From the NCBI GenBank assembly GCA_963822825.1, contig CAWGIW010000004.1, positions 73,872-137,871 on the forward strand: a stretch of DNA of 64,000 bases, in the 5' to 3' direction. Under the pieces are notes generated by a model, which saw nothing but the letters and a program-made list of their open reading frames with translations, did no database searches and was not told where the DNA came from. The position numbers and the translations under genes are program-made. Shown here piece by piece: positions 57,553 to 64,000 of this stretch (its first letter is position 1; each line of letters opens with the position of its first letter). The stretch is from an uncultured Actinomycetes bacterium. GTDB taxonomy: Bacteria > Actinomycetota > Actinomycetes > Streptosporangiales > Streptosporangiaceae.

Positions 57553-58845
57553 ATGCCCGTGCCCCGACCTTTCCTCCGGCGGATCGCGACGATCAGTGTC
57601 CATACTTCTCCGCTAGAGCAGCCAGGCACCGGGGACGCCGGCGGCCTGAACGTCTACGTGGTGGAGGTCGCCAAACGGCTGGCGGCCCGCGGAGTCGAGG
57701 TGGAGATCTTCACCCGGGCGGTGTCGCGTGATGCCCCGCCCGTCGCCGAGCTTGTCCCCGGAGTGCTCGTGCGGCATGTGGCCGCGGGCCCGTTCGAGGA
57801 TCTCGACAAGGCCGACCTGCCTGCTCAGCTCTGCCATTTCACGTTTGAGGTGCTGCGCACGGAAGCGGCCTACGCGCCCGGCCGGTACGACCTCGTGCAC
57901 GCGCACTACTGGCTGTCGGGCCAGGTCGGAGCGGCGGCCAAGGAACGGTGGGGGGTCCCGCTCGTCCAGTCCATGCACACCCTGGGCCGAGTCAAGAACG
58001 CGGCACTGGCCTGGGGCGACGCCGCCGAGCCCGAGATGCGGATCCGGGGCGAGACGGAGGTGGTGGCCACGGCCGACCGGCTGGTCGCGAACACCGACGA
58101 GGAAGCGCGCCAGTTGACCGGCCTGTATGGGGCCGATCCGGCCAAGGTCTGGACCGTGAACCCAGGAGTGGATCTCTCGGTGTTCCGGCCCGGGTCGGCG
58201 GCCGCTGCCCGGCGGAGGCTGGGGCTGCCCGCCGGCCAGCCGGTCGTGGTCTTCGCGGGCCGGGTTCAGCCGCTCAAGGCGCCCGACGTGGTGCTGCGCG
58301 CCGCCGCCCGGCTGATCCGCGACGACCCGGCACTGGCCCAAACTTTGACCGTGGCCTTCGTCGGCGGCCCGAGCGGCGCCGGGCGGGCGGACCCCGACGG
58401 CCTGACCGAGTTGTCCCGGACCCTGGGCATCGCCGACGTGGTCCGGCTCGAGCCGCCCTGCCCGCAGCCGGAGCTCGCCGACTGGTACCGGGCGGCGACC
58501 GTGGTGATGGTGCCGTCGTATTCAGAGTCGTTCGGCCTCGTGGCGGTGGAGGCCCAGGCCTGCGGCACGCCCGTGCTCGCGGCCTCCGTCGGCGGGCTGC
58601 GGACGGCCGTCCAGGACGGCGTGTCCGGCGTGCTGGTGGAAGGCCACGACCCGGCCCGCTACGCATCCGTGCTCCGGGACCTGATCGCTTCCCCGGACCT
58701 GCGAGAACGGCTGTCCCGGGGAGCCGTGGCCCACGCCTCCCGTTTCGGCTGGAACGGAACGGTCGACCGGCTGATGGCGGTCTACACAGGCGCCATCAGC
58801 AGCGCCGAAGCGGCTAGCAGGTTCACCCGGGCGCTGCCTTCGTGA
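57553..58845 (+). CDS. mshA: D-inositol-3-phosphate glycosyltransferase (mycothiol biosynthesis)
   Basis: [47 protein letters not shown]...HAHYWLSG...[28 protein letters not shown] lies 5 nt before the ATG at 57553 (the ORF opens at 57535). Confidence 0.9.
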   Translation: MPVPRPFLRRIATISVHTSPLEQPGTGDAGGLNVYVVEVAKRLAARGVEVEIFTRAVSRDAPPVAELVPGVLVRHVAAGPFEDLDKADLPAQLCHFTFEVLRTEAAYAPGRYDLVHAHYWLSGQVGAAAKERWGVPLVQSMHTLGRVKNAALAWGDAAEPEMRIRGETEVVATADRLVANTDEEARQLTGLYGADPAKVWTVNPGVDLSVFRPGSAAAARRRLGLPAGQPVVVFAGRVQPLKAPDVVLRAAARLIRDDPALAQTLTVAFVGGPSGAGRADPDGLTELSRTLGIADVVRLEPPCPQPELADWYRAATVVMVPSYSESFGLVAVEAQACGTPVLAASVGGLRTAVQDGVSGVLVEGHDPARYASVLRDLIASPDLRERLSRGAVAHASRFGWNGTVDRLMAVYTGAISSAEAASRFTRALPS

Positions 58846-58870
58846 CTTTAGAGGGCGGCGGACGGTGCAC

Positions 58871-58935
58871 AGGCGGTCCTGCGCTGCGCCTGCGGCGCTT
58901 TTACGCGCTGGACCGCCCGTACACCGCCCGCCGCT
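58871..58935. repeat. dispersed repeat, copy A (intergenic mshA / YbjN-like)
   Basis: cctgcgctgcgcctgcggcgcttttacgcgctgg + gaccgccc..acac..ctgac. It is near-identical to 62508-62565. Confidence 0.8.
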
Positions 58936-58978
58936 GACCCGCTGGCTCGGCGTCGGAACTGGTAGCTGGGCTGACAGG

Positions 58979-59552
58979 ATGGCCCCTATGGATGATGTGG
59001 GCGAACCGCATGCGACGCAGGCGGATGCGGGCGCCGCGATCGAGTCGGCGCTGGCCGGCCTCGGGCTCGCCTGGGAGAGCCCGCAGCCCGGGAGCTACCT
59101 GGTCCGGCTGGAGGGGCAGCACAAGCTGGCCACCATGACCTGGCTCATCGCGGGGACCCACAGCCTGCACGTGGAGGCCTTCTTCTGCCGCCAGCCCGAT
59201 GAGAACCACGCCCGGTTCTACCGGTTCCTCCTGGAGCGCAACGGCCGGATGTACGGGGTGCATTTCGCGCTCGACCCGGTGGGGGACGTATACCTGGTGG
59301 GCCAGGCTCCCGCTGGCCTCCGCGTCCGCGGACGAGATCGACCGCATCCTGGGCTGCGTGCTCAGCTACTCCGACGAGAACTTCGACGCCGCACTAGCCC
59401 TCGGCTTCGCCTCGTCGATCCGCAAGGAGTGGGCGTGGCGGGTGAAGCGTGGGGAGAGCCTCGCCAACCTGCGCGCGTTCGCCGCTCTCGCCGATCCCGG
59501 GCACGGCGGGCCGGGCGGCACCCAGGGCCCGGACCCGGAGCCCGGGACCTGA
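58979..59552 (+). pseudogene. YbjN-domain (T3SS-chaperone-like, Rv0487-like) protein with a 1-bp insertion at ~59304
   Basis: ...YLVRLEGQHKLATMTWLIAGTHSLHVEAFFCRQPDENHARFYRFLLERNGRMYGVHFALDPVGDVYLVG, then (R)LPLASASADEIDRILGCVLSYSDENFDAALALGF in the next frame. Deleting the A in gcc-a-gg restores it. Confidence 0.75.
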
Positions 59553-59588
59553 CCAGCCGGACCTGACCAGCCGGACCTGAGCGGGCGG

Positions 59589-60998
59589 TCAGGCGGCTGG
59601 CGCCGGGGAGATGGAGCCGGGCGGCGGGATCACCCCGGGCCCGGACGCCGAGCACGCCAGCGCGCCCGGGTCGGTGGCGAGCAGGGGCTGGGCCAGTGGC
59701 GGCGGCGCCGCAAAGGCCGGCCTGCGCAGGTCGAGCAAGTCGAGCAGATCGCCCGCGTTGGCGTCCCGGTAGGTCAGGGCCGGGAGATTCCACTTGGTCT
59801 CCACGAGCTTCAGGATGCTGGTGTGGTCGTAGACCCGATGGGAGACATAGCGAGGCCGCGCCCACGGGGACACGACGGCGCAGGGCACGCGGAATCCGTA
59901 CCGGCCGAACCCGTCGTAGGCCGTTCCCTGCCCGGCGGGCACCTGCGGTGCGATGCTGTCCGGCGGCACCGCGCGCGGCGGGGGGACATGGTCGTAGTAG
60001 CCGCCGTGCTCGTCAAAGGTCCAGATCAGCAGCGTGCGCGACCAGCCCGGCCCGGCCATGACCGCGTTGATCACCTGGGCGGCGAACGCCTCGCCCAGGG
60101 CGATGTTCTGCGGGTTCTCCTCGTCCTGCGTGCCGTACTGGGGCTCGACCAGGCAGACGTTCGGCAGGGTGCCAGCCGCCGCGTCGGTGTAGAACCCCGC
60201 GATGGGGACGACCTTGGTGCCGAGGTTCTTCAGGTACAGCGGGGGATATAGCTCGGTGGTGGCGAGATTGGTGTAGTAGTCCTTCCAGGTGATGCCGTTG
60301 GCGTCGAGCTCATCGAAGATCGTCCCGTTCGGCGGGTAGTCGGTCAGCGCGGGGGTGGTGTCGTCAACCTGGCCGATGGAGGTGGCCGCGAGGAGGTAGC
60401 GCCGGTTCGGGTAGGTCTGGCCGAGCACCGAGCAGAAGTATCGGTCAGCGATCGGGAACGCCGACGCCAAGGAGTAATAGAAGGGCAAGTCAGCCTGCTC
60501 CCAGTAGCCCATCGCGACCGGGCCGCTGCCCGACTCGACGAACCCATCCAGCCTGCCGCCGGCGTACTGGGTGTGGCTGGCCAGCCAGTCCTGGGCGGGA
60601 TGCCCGGAAAGCTGGCAGGTGGTCGGCATCCGGAAAGCATGCTGGATCCGGCCGTCCGGGTAAGGGTTCGACGCCAGCGGCCGGCCGTCGCGGCCAAGCC
60701 GGAAACCGTCGGCGTCCCGGCGGCGGAGCATGCCCAGGTGGTTGTCGTAGGAGTGGTTCTCCATCATCACCACGACGATGTGCTCGATCTGCGGGATGGT
60801 GTCGGTACCCTCTGGCCATCGCGGGTACGGGAGCGACCCAGGCGCGCGCCGGTGGGCCTGCCCCGCTGCGCCCACCGGGATCCCGGGAGCCGCCCGCCAC
60901 GCCCCGGTGCCGGCCAGTGCGCCCCCGATCAGGCCCGCCTTCAGCAGCGATCGCCTGCTCGGCCCGTCGTTACCTGATGCTGCCTGCCCGCCGCTCAT
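59589..60998 (-). CDS. Tat-exported phosphoesterase family protein (phospholipase C / acid phosphatase AcpA-type)
   Basis: The Tat motif is SRRSLLKAGLIGGALAG. Family motifs are IEHIVVVMMENHSYDNHLGML, TYPNRRYLLAATS, WTFDEHGGYYDHVPPP and FGFRVPCAVVSP. Confidence 0.85.
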   Translation of the reverse strand: MSGGQAASGNDGPSRRSLLKAGLIGGALAGTGAWRAAPGIPVGAAGQAHRRAPGSLPYPRWPEGTDTIPQIEHIVVVMMENHSYDNHLGMLRRRDADGFRLGRDGRPLASNPYPDGRIQHAFRMPTTCQLSGHPAQDWLASHTQYAGGRLDGFVESGSGPVAMGYWEQADLPFYYSLASAFPIADRYFCSVLGQTYPNRRYLLAATSIGQVDDTTPALTDYPPNGTIFDELDANGITWKDYYTNLATTELYPPLYLKNLGTKVVPIAGFYTDAAAGTLPNVCLVEPQYGTQDEENPQNIALGEAFAAQVINAVMAGPGWSRTLLIWTFDEHGGYYDHVPPPRAVPPDSIAPQVPAGQGTAYDGFGRYGFRVPCAVVSPWARPRYVSHRVYDHTSILKLVETKWNLPALTYRDANAGDLLDLLDLRRPAFAAPPPLAQPLLATDPGALACSASGPGVIPPPGSISPAPAA

Positions 60999-61295
60999 GA
61001 TGACCCATCCCGTCCCGGTGCCCGCGACCCGGCCGATAGTGTCCCAGCCGTTGAGTACCGTGGCGTGGCTATCATGTGACAGATCGTCGACAAACCGACG
61101 TCATATCGGCAACATGAGCAACCCGGACAGCTGAACTTTCCGGGCCGGCCGGACGTTGCCCAGAGCAGACGCCCTCAGGAACAGTGCGATCGACTCCCAG
61201 CTAGCCTTAGGGTCCGTCTGATTTGCTGATAAACGTCTTATGCCCGGTGCGCTGGTGCTGGCGCGCCAGCCGTGGCAGTGCGGGAGGAGGGGCTC

Positions 61296-61709
61296 ATGCG
61301 GCGGAATGACGTGCGTTTCGCGGTCGCTGCCCGTGAGGACGGCCTGCGCCGGGTCAGGAGCCTGACCACACGCATCGGCGCGGCCGGCGTGGTGTCATCC
61401 GCGGCCATCGCGCTCGCGCTCGGCCACCCAGCCGGACCAGCCATCCAGCCCGCGGCCGGGAACGGTACGGCCAGTCCAAGCCAGACCGGGCCCAACGAAA
61501 ACAGCCCAAGCTCGAGCACGTCACCCGGCAACTCAGCCAACGGTAACTCACAGCCGGCCAGCTCACCGGCGGGCAGTTCACCGCCGGGCAGTTCACCGCC
61601 GCAGACCTCGCCGCCCAGGACCTCGCAGCCGAGCAGTTCGCCGCAGGCGCCCGCGCAGAGCCCGGTACCAGCGGCGGGCTCCGGCCAGGTGGTCTCGGGC
61701 GGATCATGA
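61296..61709 (+). CDS. membrane-anchored Ser/Pro-rich protein of unknown function
   Basis: MRRNDVRFAVAAREDGLRRVRSLTTRIGAAGVVSSAAIALALG is followed by a low-complexity S/P/N/G tail. The stop overlaps the next start (ATGA). The ORF opens at 61272. Confidence 0.5.
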   Translation: MRRNDVRFAVAAREDGLRRVRSLTTRIGAAGVVSSAAIALALGHPAGPAIQPAAGNGTASPSQTGPNENSPSSSTSPGNSANGNSQPASSPAGSSPPGSSPPQTSPPRTSQPSSSPQAPAQSPVPAAGSGQVVSGGS

Positions 61710-62635
61710 CCTCGGCGGCTCCTGCCGGATCACTGTCCGGCGCGCTGCGCGTGGGCGGAACGCTGCACGTCATGGCGGGGCACGGGGCGGTCGCCGGGCA
61801 TGGGGCGATCGTGGTCACCTCGTCCACCCCGCTCTGGTACACCACCCGGGCCACCGGCCTGGTGGCGCTGGTGCTGCTGACCGTGAGCATGGCGCTGGGC
61901 CTGCTCACCTCGGTGCGTTACGAGCACCCGCGCTGGCCCCGGTTCATCACCATCGGCCTGCACCGGAGCATCTCGCTGCTCGCGTGCGCCTTCACCGCGG
62001 TGCACATCGTGACCACGGTGCTGGACAGTTTCGTGCCGATCGGGGTGGCGGACGCGTTCGTGCCGTTCATCTCCGCGTACCGGCCGATCTGGCTCGGGCT
62101 CGGTGCGATCGCTACCGACCTGCTGATCGCGGTCACGGTGACCAGCCTGCTGCGGGCGCGGCTGGGCTACCGGGCCTGGCGGCTGGTGCATTGGGCCGCG
62201 TACCTGTGCTGGCCCGTCGCGGTGGTGCACGGCCTGGGCACGGGGAGCGACACCATGACCCGGTGGGTGCTGGTGCTAACCCTCGGCTGTGTGGCCGGGG
62301 TCACCGGCCTGGTGGCCTGGCGGCTGGTCCAGGGCTGGCCCTCCCGCGCGGGCCTGCGCGTCGCGGGCGCGATCACGCTGGTGATCTTCTTGATCGCGGC
62401 GGGGGTCTGGCTGATGGCGGGGCCGCTGAAGCCGGGCTGGTCCCGACGGGCTGGTATGCCGGCGCTGGTGCTTACCGTCGGGGGGGTGCGGGCGGCCACG
62501 GGCCGCCCTGCGCTGCGCCTGCGGCGCTTTACGCGCTGGGCGCCCCGCGACCGCCCACACCTGACTGACGGCGTTACCGGCGGGCGGATTTCAGCGGCGT
62601 CCGGGGGACCATCGGCCTCGCAGGTCACGAAGTGA
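61706..62635 (+). CDS. ferric reductase-like (MsrQ/YedZ-like) transmembrane haem-binding domain protein
   Basis: PLWYTTRATGLVALVLLTVSMALGLL...GLHRSISLLACAFTAVHIVTTVLD...WRLVHWAAYLCWPVAVVHGLG, with His pairs in TM helices. Confidence 0.75.
   Translation: MTSAAPAGSLSGALRVGGTLHVMAGHGAVAGHGAIVVTSSTPLWYTTRATGLVALVLLTVSMALGLLTSVRYEHPRWPRFITIGLHRSISLLACAFTAVHIVTTVLDSFVPIGVADAFVPFISAYRPIWLGLGAIATDLLIAVTVTSLLRARLGYRAWRLVHWAAYLCWPVAVVHGLGTGSDTMTRWVLVLTLGCVAGVTGLVAWRLVQGWPSRAGLRVAGAITLVIFLIAAGVWLMAGPLKPGWSRRAGMPALVLTVGGVRAATGRPALRLRRFTRWAPRDRPHLTDGVTGGRISAASGGPSASQVTK
62501..62565. repeat. dispersed repeat, copy B (inside the 3' end of the ferric reductase-like gene)
   Basis: cctgcgctgcgcctgcggcgctttacgcgctgg + gcgccccgcgaccgcccacacctgactgac. 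See copy A at 58871. Confidence 0.8.
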
Positions 62636-64000
62636 GCGGGCCACACGGTCCCGGGCCGAACCGGCGCACGCCGCCGTCCGGCCAGGTGCCGGGCGGGCGC
62701 GTGCTGGCGCCGGGCCAACTGCCCCGGCTGATCGGCGGACGTGGTCCGCTGGGGCTGCGCGGGCACATCGAGCGGTACGGCCCGATGCCAGCTAACCCGG
62801 GACCGGACGGCGGCCGGGGTGGCCACGGCGGGCCTCAGCAGCTGATCGTCAGGGTCGAGCGGGCCGGGCTGACCGGGCGTGGCGGCGCGGGCTTCCCGAC
62901 CGCCCGCAAGATGCGCGCCGTCGCCGGGCGGAAACGCGGGGGACCCGCCGTGGTGGTCGCCAATGGGGTCGAATCCGAGCCCGCCAGCAGCAAGGACTCG
63001 ATCCTGCTCAGCCAGTCCCCGCACCTGGTGCTGGACGGCATCGCGGCGGCCGCGGCGGCGGTCGGCGCCAGCGAAGCGTACCTGTGCGTGGACGGCCGCC
63101 ATCCGCGCCGGGCCGGGCAGCTCTCGGCGGCCATCGCGGACCGCGCGGACGCCGGGATCGCCGAGGTGCCAGTCCAGCTGGTCTCGTTGCCGGACAGGTA
63201 CGTGGCCAGCGAAGAGTCCGCGCTGGTGAACTTCCTGAACGGCGCCCCCGCGGTGCCCGGGTACGTCCCGCCGCGCCCGTTCGAGCGCGGCGTGGGCGGC
63301 CGGGCCACGCTGGTGAACAATGTGGAGACGCTGGCGCATATCGCGCTGATCGCCAGGTACGGCCCGGACTGGTTCTGCTCCGTCGGCACCCAGGCGGCCC
63401 CGGGTTCCGCTCTGCTCACGATCAGCGGCGCGGTGCGCAGGCCCGGGGTCTACGAGGTCGCCCTGGGCACCAGGATCGGGGAGCTTATCGCGCTGGCCGG
63501 CGGGGCGGCAGAGCCGCCGCAGGCACTCCTGGCCGGCGGGTATTTCGGCGGCTGGCTGCCGTTGCCCGCCGCCGTCAACGTTCCGGCGAGCCACCCCGGC
63601 CTGCGGTCGGCGGGCGGCGCGCTTGGCGCCGGCGTACTGATCGTGCTCCCCGTATCCGCCTGCGGAATCGCGGAGACCGCGCGGGTCTTCCGTTACCTGG
63701 CGGGCCAGAGCGCCGGCCAGTGCGGGCCGTGCACCTACGGGCTGCCGGACATCGCTGGCGCATTGGACCATATCGCCTGGCAGGGCGGGAATGAGCGGGC
63801 CGACGCCTGGATGCGGCAGCTTATGCCGCTGGTGGCCGGGCGCGGGGCCTGTCATTTCCCCGACGGGGCGGTGGCCCTGGTCGCGAGCGCGCTCCGGGTG
63901 TTCGGCGCGGATCTGGAGCACCATCTGCGGTATGGGCCGTGCCCGCGGGCCGCCCGGGCCCCCCTGCTGCCCGTCCCGGGGCCCGGCGAGCGCCCGCGGG
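62632..64000 (+). CDS. NuoF-like NADH-binding / 4Fe-4S (SLBB + NADH_4Fe-4S) domain protein; 3' end outside window
   Basis: Frame 1 is open from the GTG at 62632 (GTGA overlap with the upstream stop) to the window end. Supporting motifs are RVERAGLTGRGGAGFPTARKM, VVANGVESEPASSKD, LVNNVETLAHI and GQSAGQCGPCTYGLP. It is absent from the ORF track because no stop lies in the window. Confidence 0.8.
   Translation, partial: MSGPHGPGPNRRTPPSGQVPGGRVLAPGQLPRLIGGRGPLGLRGHIERYGPMPANPGPDGGRGGHGGPQQLIVRVERAGLTGRGGAGFPTARKMRAVAGRKRGGPAVVVANGVESEPASSKDSILLSQSPHLVLDGIAAAAAAVGASEAYLCVDGRHPRRAGQLSAAIADRADAGIAEVPVQLVSLPDRYVASEESALVNFLNGAPAVPGYVPPRPFERGVGGRATLVNNVETLAHIALIARYGPDWFCSVGTQAAPGSALLTISGAVRRPGVYEVALGTRIGELIALAGGAAEPPQALLAGGYFGGWLPLPAAVNVPASHPGLRSAGGALGAGVLIVLPVSACGIAETARVFRYLAGQSAGQCGPCTYGLPDIAGALDHIAWQGGNERADAWMRQLMPLVAGRGACHFPDGAVALVASALRVFGADLEHHLRYGPCPRAARAPLLPVPGPGERPR

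Noticed and set aside
60999-61271. PHO-box-like direct repeats (gttcagctgtc cgggttgctca tgttgccgata on the minus strand) upstream of the Tat-exported phosphoesterase.
   Set aside because: Only the first 11-nt unit resembles GTTCACC-type boxes. The following units do not keep the 11-nt register, so this is too weak to call without a matrix scan.

Overview
High-GC (roughly 70%) actinobacterial chromosomal segment with about 55 genes, one tRNA, and no rRNA, CRISPR array, integrase or transposase.

Core content:
- Two blocks are syntenic with mycobacterial neighbourhoods: rlmB-cysS-ispF-carD-lipoprotein, and regX3-senX3-gpmA next to mshA plus a YbjN-like gene.
- Trehalose genes otsA/otsB.
- A LacI-controlled sugar/inositol-like catabolic cluster (Gfo/Idh/MocA oxidoreductase, DUF993, TIM-barrel isomerase, ribokinase).
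- An amine catabolic operon (copper amine oxidase, APC permease, truncated aldehyde dehydrogenase).
- Envelope and secreted proteins: LCP, HtrA-like protease, a large multi-CBM glycoside hydrolase, two PLC/AcpA-type phosphoesterases.

Accessory stretch (about 15.3-23.2 kb), visibly more A/T-containing:
- a decayed wHTH-nucleotidyltransferase gene;
- a short HNH type IV (phosphorothioate-reader-like) restriction enzyme;
- a translationally coupled T7SS-type polymorphic toxin cassette (EspC/WXG-like protein, then a WxG-signal toxin with a PD-(D/E)xK-like C-terminus, then a pentapeptide-repeat protein in the immunity position);
- an uncharacterised 437-aa protein;
- a DprA-like plus ComF-type PRTase gene pair.

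Other notable signals:
- A mycosin-like S8 protein has catalytic His and oxyanion Asn both replaced by Asp, and a long PFPGD-repeat tail that ends in a tandem repeat placing TAG in all three frames.
- Many short tandem-repeat arrays sit in divergent promoter regions, and one about 60-bp dispersed repeat occurs twice.
- About 11 genes carry 1-bp frameshifts, including essential ispF and rlmB. This argues for assembly indel errors rather than genuine pseudogenisation.
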